NCBI GenBank assembly: GCA_054600435.1
Contig: BAAIJX010000038.1
Location: forward strand, 1-64,000
DNA: 64,000 nt
Source of the DNA: Neophaeotheca triangularis
Taxonomy: Eukaryota
Direction: 5' to 3'
Both the position numbers and the translations under genes were made by a program. The notes under the pieces were generated by a model. That model worked only from the letters and a program-made list of their open reading frames with translations. It was not told the origin of the DNA and ran no database searches. Positions within the stretch are counted from its first letter, which is position 1, and every line of letters starts with the position of its first letter. Below, one piece after another: positions 25,401 to 36,060 of this stretch.

Positions 25401-27567
25401 TTCGGAAGATTGGCTGAAGTTGCTGAACATCGAAATTATGGCAGAGGCATACATGTTGTCAGAGGCCGTCCGCCTCCATGCTTTTTGCAGCGACCAACGG
25501 CTTAACACGAGCACTGCGCATCAAAAGCAGCGGGAAATGTTGCAACGATTACTTGCGGGTCAACGTGAATCGTCTGACAGAGAGGAACTTTGGAAGCTCG
25601 TATGCCAACCGAATGCTGTGAGGGAGGCCAATCACGACCTTAGGCGGCACGGAAAAGACGAAGGCCTAATGGTTCCAAGAGAACGTAGGCGGCAGATAAA
25701 ACTCTTGTCGAAACGGCAGGAACCATCCGACGAGCCTTCGGAGTACTACGGACTCTTAGCGGATCCCTACTACGACGCATCAATCGTAGTGGATGAGTTG
25801 TTGCATAGCGAGGAGCTTTGCACCAAGTACGGCTGGACTCAGCGAACGGTCGACATGGCCTCCCGCGCGCTCACCATCCCAGAGACCGAGTTATCGCGCT
25901 CTCATGTTGCCGCTATTGAATCTATGCTCGCCACCGAGGAAGCCCTGTGGGATTTCGGCATACCTACTGTGATGATGTTGAAGCTGCGCCGAATGGACAA
26001 GGACGTGGACATCCGGGCGCCGCCCGCGTCTGAGTTGGAATCACAAAGTCTCGAAGAAAGACGTGCGATGATGTGGCGACGGATTACATCGTTAGAGCTT
26101 CTCGCACAGGCATACACCATGTCTTCGCATGTGCGACGAAGCTGTAACATCGCCATGGAATGGCAAGCTCCACTTCTCTTCCGCTTGCGTGCCGGCGAAC
26201 GCACGCGAGAGGATCGGGGGTTGCTGTTCGAGTGCCTGCAGAAGCCCATCGCCGTAGAAGCAGCGAACAAGGTCATGGAACATCGGTATGGAACCCGAGA
26301 GGCGATAGGCCGGGACAGGGAGTATATGTTCCAAAGCTACTACCACCGCGCAACTGTGAACGCAAGCATCGACGAAACAGTTGGGAGCACAGAGTGGTAT
26401 CCTAGCGCCCACGAGGTGCTTCGGTCTTTGCGCGATAGCCCAGACCTTCGCACTCGGTACCGGTGGGATTTTGAAGACGTCTCCCAAGCCGAGCTGCTGA
26501 TTACCCCCGGCAGCGCTACAAATTACCGGGCCATTAAAGAGCGAATTCAAAACCTGATGCTTGACGATGATTTTCTGTGGACCACACGCTTACCGGAGAG
26601 CGTTATAACGAGGCTACTGACCAAGCCTGATTTTGACCTTCACATTGAAACGTTTGATGAAGGCACACTTCGCTTCCCATACGAGAGCCTCGGAGAGGGC
26701 GAGCGACCCAAGTACGGCATCCCGTGGATGACAGTCCAAATCGAACTAATGGCACAAGCCTTTTTGAGATCTGGTGAGATACGTCGGCTTGCTAGCGATG
26801 AAAACGGTCCCATCCCAGACTCTTTGCCCTTACTGTACCGTCTACAAACCGGACAACGTGGTGGGCGCATCGCAAGTGATGTATCAATTCTTCGGCGAAT
26901 GCTCAGGAGGTGCGATATTGTTCAAAAAGCCAACGAGGTCATAAGAGGTCAAATGACATCTACGCAGGGGCTAGGATCCGCAGAAGAGCAAACTCTGCGG
27001 CAGGAAGCATCTGCACGTGCTCGTCAAGGGGACCATTCCCGATCGGGCCTCAATGAGCAACGCCGCACGATCTCTGCAGCCATGAATGCAGCAAGCCGTG
27101 CCGCCTTGCCGACAAGCACACGCAGTCTTTTCGATCGACTTGCGAATCGCGACGACGCTACTCGCGGTGCTGTACGGCAGTTAGAGGCGAATGGACTGAT
27201 CGCGGCCCTTTCCAACGTGAACGATGTCATCGAGGTCAGCGACGGCGGAACCATGTCAGAATCCGAAGAAGAAGAATCAGATGAAGAGGAAGAAGACCTA
27301 GGTCTCGACGCACCGAACACCGGCCGGCCGGAACCTAAGACCGACGAGCAAATGACTGTGAAATTGGAGTGCAGGATATGCTATTCGCAGACAGCGAGCA
27401 TGGCTTGCCTTCCGTGCGGCCACTTGGTCATGTGCGAGTGGTGTAGTGACCACCATTCGCCAAGCTCGTTGCGTGACAGGACGAGGCCGATGGACCAGAA
27501 TGCGAGTTGCCCGGTCTGTCGGAAGAAGATCAGGCAGAAGTTCAAGGTCTTCACCGCTACTACTTGA
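22492..27567 (+). CDS. 1691-aa RING (C3HC4-type) putative E3 ligase with N-terminal Cys-rich region, coiled coils and four internal ~215-aa repeats
   Basis: Single long ORF. N-terminal HYC..C..CCAC...YCWFC; C-terminal CRIC...PCGHLVMCEWC...CPVCR after an acidic tract. Confidence 0.88.
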   Translation: MGTLTADLPRLDHYCEHKLPTSCRLTSIPECCACADERAHSASYSTYIDGIGFVLRGLRWERYCWFCKEFWQRRVEISGFQPAQTRIPEVPDQTTFLERWYEFHRGYRVVRREDGSEERVAVLGEPFREVDPGELPRTLEELREGRERSSIDERITGPVVQEEDTGPGLEEALESMFEDAEQEERLESQREREQRPTLPEPLNISSTNVAGQAIVPAGSRNRDYQARRVAALRRELHRMRNGIERVISGLREFGEDVPGHAETTGRLTYLGRTLDTISGVPSQDDATRAIENANALTANPSTSQADRTLADLQVRVDAARQHADEAQRNRDQAASELDLAEQERRTSRHQLQQLQREQRTAENYMRLFGSREDMAAAGDAYESPIGGMFSRAEERYRTAEEVRREQRTLRQVLDDETTAGGEMEQARLTELEGRERDVWGVPAARSRQGARSRWARRAPDAARGVEQLIFHEIGADDGDADEATLEEYYAMLRRQDWTQRPAEQGSENRNGIPTEVNFPRSMLSEPVPAFTNYRQPPEGRTAGRRVFSRSDHDFVASRLFSARRPPREMSRSHWWRCPAGSNPMTDLYVSEWDVPSGENETLHGFYDLLEREGYKQADSFDLLADSADLALEVVFPQYPVVQPGELQIRAPTKRNFYAEAKALLDVLHRDGEIDAFCGLQEGEKERCSALVQEGKVDVLAKDEIETLYKAAEVVWGARIPTMRLSRLQSHEQLLEIAGHDKPVDLGPEADRDWWDYGGWWKFQLETEFVAQAWAPFDGSRRDGSRRFLARCLDLLLPEEREQMNGRMLINQRDEDDVTVLSQLVCDPEAVSVANEITRRRRMGDNLSDTMNASTPSILADVDHRNDEWPSDEWTSDIRQALGALLQDEDLRTGNDGDRSQLREIQERIKQIDQGLERSEDEELDLLWACDDEVLFRANLPQTWLARLKKEHGQLLVEDRETEEWTMSNCRSEDWLKLLNIEIMAEAYMLSEAVRLHAFCSDQRLNTSTAHQKQREMLQRLLAGQRESSDREELWKLVCQPNAVREANHDLRRHGKDEGLMVPRERRRQIKLLSKRQEPSDEPSEYYGLLADPYYDASIVVDELLHSEELCTKYGWTQRTVDMASRALTIPETELSRSHVAAIESMLATEEALWDFGIPTVMMLKLRRMDKDVDIRAPPASELESQSLEERRAMMWRRITSLELLAQAYTMSSHVRRSCNIAMEWQAPLLFRLRAGERTREDRGLLFECLQKPIAVEAANKVMEHRYGTREAIGRDREYMFQSYYHRATVNASIDETVGSTEWYPSAHEVLRSLRDSPDLRTRYRWDFEDVSQAELLITPGSATNYRAIKERIQNLMLDDDFLWTTRLPESVITRLLTKPDFDLHIETFDEGTLRFPYESLGEGERPKYGIPWMTVQIELMAQAFLRSGEIRRLASDENGPIPDSLPLLYRLQTGQRGGRIASDVSILRRMLRRCDIVQKANEVIRGQMTSTQGLGSAEEQTLRQEASARARQGDHSRSGLNEQRRTISAAMNAASRAALPTSTRSLFDRLANRDDATRGAVRQLEANGLIAALSNVNDVIEVSDGGTMSESEEEESDEEEEDLGLDAPNTGRPEPKTDEQMTVKLECRICYSQTASMACLPCGHLVMCEWCSDHHSPSSLRDRTRPMDQNASCPVCRKKIRQKFKVFTATT

Positions 27568-28370
27568 AGTTAAAGCTACAGTCAAAGTACACTCGATGTG
27601 TATTTGACCTTGATCTGGTATTCTACCATGGACGTCGGTGCCGGGGACGTCGGAATGCGGATGGCCAAGTCCACTGGGAAAGCTTGACCAAGATCCTCGA
27701 GGCGTCTGGATTTTGACAGCACAATGCCATCGACGAACCCAATCGCAGGATATCAAAGTCCATTTGCGGAACTCTCCCGTTCGCGCAGCCCGACAACCAA
27801 GAGCTCCATGGGTCCTGCTTGATCCCAACACCTTTCGAAGAAGTGATTTGGATGAGTTGCCAAATGGCCATCGATCCGCATGATTCTTGGTAGGTTGAAC
27901 TGCTTTTTCCGGCTGCGTGACAACAGTGACCTCGTGTTTGGCGAGGAATAATCGCAGAGGGTTTCGTGATATTCGAGTCATAATACGACCGTGTCCCACC
28001 GTAGGGGGCTCCCTTGCTATTATATATTTCCAGTTGGGCTTCATTGTTCACAACAGCTCCATGTACGCTCCTAGCTACATTCAATAACAAACACATCTTT
28101 AGACTTGCTACCTCTATTTTATTTGCGCCATGTTTCCCTCGACTTTCGTGATTCTCTGGCGGCCCTAGCAAATATCCGTAGTCCGGTCTCGGATGCCGGC
28201 CCAAAGTCTGTTCCGATTCAACGTCTGTGGCTTATCAATTATGACCACTACACTCGACCTTCCACAATTATAAAAATTCAATCACTCTTATACCTCAAAG
28301 TCGATCAAGATCCAAGTTGCTTTGCAAACAGCCCCTCAAAGTCATATTAAAAACAAACACTCTTGACACT

Positions 28371-29699
28371 ATGGGCTCGGAACAACAGCCAGTCCGCCAA
28401 TCTGGCATCTACCGCAACCTTCCCACCTTCGACGCCTCGATCAAGGGGCTCAAAGCTCTCGTAATTGGAGCTACAGGCATTTCAGGCTTCAATACGATGC
28501 GCTCGCTGCTCGACTCGCCAGACCGTTGGGAGACGATCTTTGCTGTTTCCCGCAATGCTCCATCGGAAGAAATGCTTTCAGTGCTTTCAAAGGACCAGCG
28601 GGAGCGCATCAAGCACGTCTCGGTGGACCTCAAAGGATCGGCACAATCCATCTCAGAGTCACTAAAACAATCCAGCGTGGTCGCCGACTACGTCTTCTTT
28701 TTCGGCTACATCCACCCCGAAAACATCAATTCAGCCATGGACCCAGGCATGGCCGATGCACTCGTCGAGAGCAACGTCCCCATGTTCAAAAACTTCCTAT
28801 CCGCGCTCGACTTGTCTAGCATCAAGCCGAAGCGCATCTTACTACAGACGGGAGGGAAGAACTACGGCGCCCACATCGGTCAAGCCAGGTTGCCGTACAC
28901 CGAATCCGATCCGCAACCGAAGCACCTTTCCAACAACTTCTACTACCACCAGGAGGCAGCCTTGTTCGACTATTGCGAGAAGCATCCCGGCACAGACTGG
29001 AACATTGTGATGCCAAGTGCAGTCATTGGGGCGGTGCCCAATGCCGCCATGAACAGTTTCGTGCCTTTTGCGGTCATGGCAGCAGTCCAAGCCGAGAAGA
29101 AGCAGTCAATCTTCTTTCCCGGCGACTTCAGCGAGTGGCAAGCCGAGTGCACTCATTCCACCTCGAGACTTACGGGATACCTCTGCGAATGGGCGGTGCT
29201 GGAGGAGAAGTGCAAGAACCAACGTTTCAATGCTCAAGACGGGGCTCCTCTTACGTGGAACCGCTTCTTCCCGGAGCTGGCGAGGTGGTATGGAGTGGAC
29301 AAGGTCGAAGGCCCGCTGCTTGACGACTCAAAGTTCCAGGATATGACGCTTGCTGGAGGCAAAGACAGTCCCATGGGTTTCGGTCCTGCACCTGCGATCC
29401 GACTCTCGCAGTCGTTTGGGGATTGGGCCAAAGACGAATCCAATTCGAAAGCTTGGAAAACCATCATGGAAAAGTCTGATGGCAAGGTTCAGGTCGACGT
29501 GTTTGAAAAGGGGTTAGCCACCGAAATGGCGGATTTTGTGCTTTACAGGATAGGGCAGCTGTCGCCTGCGAAGGTTCGGAGGATGGGGTTCAATGGGTTC
29601 GTGGACACGTTGGAGAGTGTCTTTGAGATGTATCATGACATGGCCAAGATGGGCGTTCTGCTTGCTCCCAAGGTTGATGCAGCGACGCCGATGGTATAG
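28371..29699 (+). CDS. NAD(P)-dependent SDR, PRISE (progesterone 5-beta-reductase/iridoid synthase)-like
   Basis: Motifs ALVIGATGISG, LQTGGKNYG and NFYYHQE. Confidence 0.85.
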   Translation: MGSEQQPVRQSGIYRNLPTFDASIKGLKALVIGATGISGFNTMRSLLDSPDRWETIFAVSRNAPSEEMLSVLSKDQRERIKHVSVDLKGSAQSISESLKQSSVVADYVFFFGYIHPENINSAMDPGMADALVESNVPMFKNFLSALDLSSIKPKRILLQTGGKNYGAHIGQARLPYTESDPQPKHLSNNFYYHQEAALFDYCEKHPGTDWNIVMPSAVIGAVPNAAMNSFVPFAVMAAVQAEKKQSIFFPGDFSEWQAECTHSTSRLTGYLCEWAVLEEKCKNQRFNAQDGAPLTWNRFFPELARWYGVDKVEGPLLDDSKFQDMTLAGGKDSPMGFGPAPAIRLSQSFGDWAKDESNSKAWKTIMEKSDGKVQVDVFEKGLATEMADFVLYRIGQLSPAKVRRMGFNGFVDTLESVFEMYHDMAKMGVLLAPKVDAATPMV

Positions 29700-30283
29700 A
29701 TGGAGGATTAATTAATGAATTCACTACCTTTAAATTCATGGCTCGCCTCCGATATTGCTCCATGTGGTGATATCGATATAATTGTATACGATGGGCTCTG
29801 CAACCAATTATACCTTATGCCCATTCCCCTACTGTACTAGGTAAGGTATGCAGTTGTGCAATGCCAAGACACATGCACTTCCCAATCCGGCAATAGTCAG
29901 GACTCAGTGTGAAGGTGCCTCGGACGACAACTGGCGGCTCATCAGATCGGCGGCGTACAGTAGTACTTGTACCAATTATTATTACCTGTGGAGAGATCAA
30001 CACTACTACACTACACTGCACTACTACAACAACAACAACACAACACGTTCTATAAACCCTAGCTACCTAACCTTTCTGTCTTGGGACCTACTCGACGACC
30101 AGTTCCCCCAAATATATACGCCGTCGATACCGAGTCGGGAATCAAAGCCATGGTTGGGTGAATTCGCAGCCGCCGTACAATGACAAAAGCTCCGAATGCG
30201 ACACCACCACCTCCCCATACTACTACAGCCCTTTGTACAAACCGCCAGCACCCCGGATCGACACCCCCAATGCCACAGCCTCC

Positions 30284-33200
30284 ATGAGCTGGAACCTGCT
30301 AGAGCGCTTCATCGAGTCTGAGCACTTCAAGAAGGACGCCTCCCTCACCGTCGCCTACCTCGCCCGCTACGCCGACCATGTCGGCATCCACTTCCACCTG
30401 TGCTCCAAGCTGCGGCAGTTTAGCTACGAGGAAATTGAGTTCTTCCTGCCGCAATTGTGCCATTTGATCATCTCCATTGACAATGAGTCGATGGCCTTGG
30501 AGGAGTTTCTGATCGACTTGTGCGAAGAATCGGCTAATGGGGCTTTGTTGGTGGGTAGTACTCGTAGGAGGTAATGCTGAACCTTACCGCCCGTGCTGAC
30601 GTTACCCTACCCCAGACCTTTTGGCTGTTCCAAACTTACCTACACGATCTCTCCGGCCAACCGGGTTCTCATGCCTTTCAGACGTGTCGAAGACTCTACA
30701 ATAAACTACAACGGATAGTATTCGGAGGCGCGGAGCCGGCGCGGAGAGAGAAGATTCAAGAGAATGTCTTGCCAGTGACGGTGCTGTCGAGTCTGGTGTT
30801 GGGCAGTATTGGGTTGCCTGCGCTGCATAGGGAGGCTGGGCCCCTGGCGGTCGCGCAAGCAAGGCGGCCCCGCCCCATTGAAGAGGTGGTCAGTGATGAG
30901 CCTGTACCACCGCAAAAGTTGGGCAGGAGTAACACGGTTGCTGGAAGCACCAACTTTGCCCGAAAGACACGGCCGGGATCGAGCGAGGGCAAGGATGGGA
31001 CGGCTAGGAAAACTCGGAAACCGCAAGTTGTAGATACCAGGAGCGCCTCGAGCAGCAAACCCCCATCCTCTTCGCGATCGTTGACCGGGACACCTCGTAC
31101 AGAAGGCCGGAGATTCTCGAGCCGACAGTCCCTGGCCGCTGCTAGGAACCCAGAAGGCTTCGTTAGTACCATGTCTCTACCGGACCAACCCCGCAAGCTG
31201 AGCTCCCATGGCCCTGCCGCCTCAGTCTCGTCACCGGGACTGCCGCGAAGGCCCAGTGAGATGGGTAGGAGACACTCACACGCCTTGCGGCCGAACAACC
31301 CCTCGTCAATGTCTTATCATCAGAGAGTTCGACTACTACGGCAGAACTATTTCAGCAGCGAGATGCACTTTCTCAACGCGCTGGAAGGCATTTCCGAACG
31401 TCTAGTGTCTGTGCCAAAGCCAGCCAGACTCAGCGCGCTAAGAGCAGAGCTCGCACTGATCGGCCAGGATTTGCCTGCGGAAGTCGACATACCCCTAATC
31501 TGCCCGCCAACGCTAGTAGAAGGAGCTGCAGGACGAAGCCGACATCATCGAATTGTGCGACTCAATCCTGCCGAGGCCACAAGTTTGAATAGCGCGGAGA
31601 AGGTGCCGTATCTTTTAATGCTTGAAGTGCTTCGCGATGACTTCGACTTCGACCCGGATAGCGATCAAAATCAAAGACTCCTCGCGCAATTGCAAGCTGA
31701 GAAAGGCAAAAAGAAGCGCAAACTATTCGACACCTCCGACGCAGCACGTGCTACTTTCAACTCTCCCGCCGCCCAAGAGCAGAGCGACAGTGTCTTCGAG
31801 CCTACTAATGGCGATCTATCCAGTCCAGCCCTCTTGCAGGACGTCAATCCTAGGCCGCAGTCTGGCAGCCCGCTCGTGCGTGCTACGACACAAGGCTCTC
31901 TCAAAGAGCCACCGAGGCTCTCGAGTGGAGTCAGCACTCTTTCTTCACTGGCCAGCGTCCAGACACCAAGAAGCTCAGAAGGGTTTGTGAGTCGATCAAG
32001 CAGTCCGAGTAGACGGCCAGGGCAGTATGGAAAGTCGCAAGGCGCAGAGCAGCCGGATCCTTCAGCGCTAGCCACGCATATGCGTACGGCCGCTCAGATG
32101 CTCGCACAGTTGGAGTTAAGTACTTCCAAGCGGCCGAAGACGGAAGTCGCGGCCATTCGAGCGCGCATTATTGCTAGCATGCAGTCGCTGGAAGAGCAGA
32201 GTTTCATAACCGACGACGCCATGTATACACCAAGCTTCGACACGATCATGGCAAAAGCGGGTGACGTGTCAGCTCACACTGAGCCCGCGGATCTTGAAGA
32301 TGAGGAGCTGGAAGTGCCTACAGATCCCAACATAAACACTGGGCGTGGCGCTGATCGTATGGAAAATGACATGCGCACTGCCGGCGTACAACGAAAAGGC
32401 GATCGAGACGATCCCTCGGCCGCAACGTTCGGAGAAGCGTGGGAACAAAAGAAAGAGCGCATCCGACGCTCATCACCCTACGGCTGGGTTAAGAACTGGG
32501 ACCTCGTCTCTGTCATAGTCAAAACCGGTGCCGACCTCCGGCAAGAATCCTTCGCCTGCCAACTAATAGCCGTCTGCTCCAAAATCTGGACCGAACACAA
32601 CGTCGACGTATGGGTAAAAAACATGCGCATCCTCGTCACGGGCGAATCTTCGGGCCTAATCGAAACAATCACCAACGGTGTCTCGCTGCACTCCCTAAAA
32701 CGCTCGCTCACCCTGGCCTCCATCGCGAGCGGCGCCAACCCACGCAAACGCATCGCAACCCTGACTGACCATTTCGCCAAAACTTTTGGCGCCCCAGACT
32801 CCCCGGCTTACATCAAAGCAATCGCAAACTTCACCAAATCCCTCGCCGCCTACAGCACCATCAGCTACATCCTGCAGCTCAAAGACCGCCACAACGGCAA
32901 CATCCTCATCGATTCCGAAGGCCACATCGTGCACATCGACTTTGGTTTCATGTTCTCCAACTCACCAGGAAACATGGGTTTCGAAGCAGCCCCTTTCAAA
33001 CTCACCCACGAATACATCGAACTCCTCGGTGGGCTTGACTCACCCGCGTTTGCAAGTTTCAAAGACCACATGAAAGATGCTTTTCAGGCTCTGCGTCGCG
33101 AAGCGGAGAGGATCGTAACGCTCGTGGAGCTCATGGGCCGCGAGAGCAAAATGCCGTGTTATGGCGGTGGATTGATTGCCGTTGTTAGCGCGTTGAGGGC

Positions 33201-33330
33201 GAGGTTTGTGCTTGAGAAGAGTAAGGAGGAGGCGCGCGAGTGGGTGGAGGATCTGGTTGCAAAGAGTGCCGGCAGTTATTACACTAGACTTTATGATACT
33301 TTTCAGTATCGGACGCAAGGGATATATTAG
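30284..33330 (+). CDS. PIK1: Phosphatidylinositol 4-kinase Pik1
   Basis: Motifs EFFLPQLCHL, LNSAEKVPY, VKTGADLRQE, KDRHNGNILID, HIDFGF and YDTFQY; intron 30551-30615. Confidence 0.97.
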
Positions 33331-33573
33331 GCAGGGGTTGGTGGAGGGGTCGGGGTTCTTGGTGTCGGAGAGGATAAGGGGTGGGGAATGGTTTGGATAC
33401 TGACTCTAGAGTCACCCCAGCTAGCTACACCGTTTGTCGATATGAAATGCTACGAGTTGCCGAGTAAAGCTTTACCCTTCACATGCATACTTTCAATTAC
33501 CATATCCATTGAATTCCTTTGCTAGAGTTTCTGGCGACGAACAATGCAAGTCCTTTTTGTCAATCTTCAGGAC

Positions 33574-33633
33574 TGTGTGTATGCATGTATGTATGTCTGT
33601 ATGCATGTATGTATATATGTATATATGTATGTA
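33574..33633. repeat. Imperfect (TGTA/TATG)n microsatellite
   Basis: Sequence reads tgtgtgtatgcatgtatgtatgtctgtatgcatgtatgtatatatgtatatatgtatgta. Confidence 0.85.
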
Positions 33634-34422
33634 GTGCCAGTGTTTGCGCATCCCCCGAACCCGCGCCCTGGCCGCCAAACCAATCGAAGTCTTGGAAAAA
33701 AAAAAAGAAAAAAAAAAGGAGTCGCCAATCGCCCGCCAACCACCAACCCACGCAACAAATTCGGCTCTCCACGAATCCTAGCCGCCAAAAACATCTCCCT
33801 CCCCATCGATGTCGTCGAGCCACATCAATCGCGTGCAAGAAGGTAATTCAACAACCCCAAACCCCCGTGCTATAGAACCGCAGGACGAGATCGTCGAGAC
33901 CGATGTGACTCCTCCCGAGAAAAACCTCGCCATTTAGCCAGTCGCACGTGCGCGAGCCTCTCGGGCACTTGCACGAGTTGGAGGGGGAGTACGCTGGAGT
34001 TTTGGTTTCTTGCTGTTGTTGCGTTGGAGGCTTTTTATTTTCTTTTTTCCTTTTTTTTCTTCGACCGTAGGTAGGACGTCAAGGGTTTAGCAGACGAGCG
34101 TGCGATTGGAGTGGAGGTGGGTGAGGGAGAGCTTTTTTTTCCCCCCTCTTTTTCGGGTAGGTGGGTGGGGAAGCTTTTACAGTCGGTGAGGTGAGGGGGT
34201 GGGTTTTGGGGGTGGTGAGGGAAGCTTTCGATTCTTGCATGTGCTCGGGTGGGAAACATACGGAGCGGGTTGGAGTGCTGTTACTTTCAGAGTAGTGTGA
34301 TACCCGTGACAAGACGGGTAGTATATACAGGCAAGGGTCATCGCAGGTCCTTCTCGTGATGTTCCTAGACTCCATCAAACCGAGACCACAGAAACAGAGT
34401 TCGTACCTCTTGAGCTATGTTC

Positions 34423-35793
34423 TCAATGGTGATGCCCCCAACTTGCAACCACGGGCAAAACCATACCCAGCACCACCACTCCCGTCTCTAGCAAAGACCC
34501 TCGACCCTCTCCCGCGCCCTCCCCCTGAAATCCCTCGCCACCACCACCACCACCACCTCCATAGACCCCCGCGCCACTCGAAGCCACAGCCTCGTACCCC
34601 TCCTCCCCACCAAGTCCATGGCCGTGCCCCCGCTCCCCCCGCTCCAACAACCCATGCACAGCCACATATAAAAAAGTGCCACCCGAAAACAGCAACAGCA
34701 CACCCGTGACAAAAGCCGCGCTCTCGCCTTCACCTAGAATGCCAAAACCGAAAACACGCACGAGGCCCCACGTCAGCAAAGCTCCCACGGGAGCGGCGGC
34801 AGAGAAGACGATGAGATGGGCTCTGGCGGCACGTTTGGAGAGATTTTGGGCTAGGAGGGTGGTGGTCAGTCCGAAAGCTGCGGGGGCTTTGTGGAGCATG
34901 AGGGCGAGGAAGATGATTAGGTTTGTGTTTGAGGCTTTTGGGGAGGATGAGGCGGAGGAGGCGCCTAGGGCGATGCCGTCGGCGAGGGCATGGATTAGGA
35001 GGCCTGTGGTTGTTGAGGAGGGATTGTGGGTGGAATGGTTGTGGGGGCTGGGGTTTTCCGGGTCCGGGGAAGGAGAGGGTGAGGCGGTGTGGGAGGATAG
35101 GGAGGCGAAACGGAGGTTGGGGAGGTTGATTTGGAAGCGTTGGGGTTGGGTGGAGCGGGAGGAGGCTGTTTTGGGAAGCGTGTCGATTAGGTACATGAGG
35201 ATGAAGCCGGCGGTTAGGGAGATGCCCATCCAGGCGTGTGGGTCGTGAGTAGAAGAGTGGTGGTCGCCGTTGTCGTCGTCGCTTTCTTCGCTGTGGTCGT
35301 TGTCGTGGTCGTGCTCGTCGTCCGAGGCTGTTACTTTGCCTTCAGGATGGCCGTCGTCGGACCCCGTGATGAAGTCACCTGCCGGGTTATCTTGGCGTGC
35401 TTCCCATTGCACGGTGGGCAGTGTGTCTCTCGTATGTAGGAGGCCGTCTGAGTTGCTTATTTGGATATCTCGCCCGGTAAAGGACATGGCTCTCCTCTCG
35501 TGCCCATGCTCGTGACCTCCACCGCTAGCATTGTACAGCGTCTCTGCGCCCTCAGGTATGATTACTATCAGTGCTGTTCCGACGAGTACCCCGGTTCCTA
35601 ATGCGGTAATGAGGCGGAGTTGTTTTCGCGAGAGGGAGAACAACAGAGGGAGGATTCCGGCTAAGAAGGAGCTATGGTATGAGGGTTGTCAATTAGATGT
35701 AACGATTTGTAGGAGTCAAGGTAGTATTGCTTAGACTGACCCGACTGCCATGACCAGGCATAATCCTAGCAGCGTTGGAAGTCCGCCTAGCAT
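34423..35793 (-). CDS. ATX2: ZIP-family metal transporter (Atx2/ZIP9-like)
   Basis: Exon 1 MLGGLPTLLGLCLVMAVG, then intron 35740-35672; motifs GVLVGTALIVIIPEG, GLLIHALADGIALG, LHKAPAAFGL and FSGGTFLYVA; His-rich loops. Confidence 0.9.
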
Positions 35794-36060
35794 TATTGGT
35801 ATGTATGTGTTGAGGTTGTTTACAAGAAGCGATTGCAAAGCGCTTTGCCAATCAAGTCGCTTATCTGGTCGATTGCACAATCCTGTCCATGGTCGAGGTG
35901 AGGTGAGGTGAGGGTCAAGTCTTTTGTGGATATCTGACCGAATCGGGAAGGCAAGTTGTTGTTTTTGTATTTACTTTTGTGTCACCATTGAGGTGCTTCT
36001 CGGGGATACAGTACCTTATTAGTAAGCATGAACCAAGCCACTACCTACCTTAATAACTGG

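Noticed and set aside
27623..28204. 193-aa minus ORF and overlapping short ORFs
   Set aside because: No motif or coding signature that I can support.
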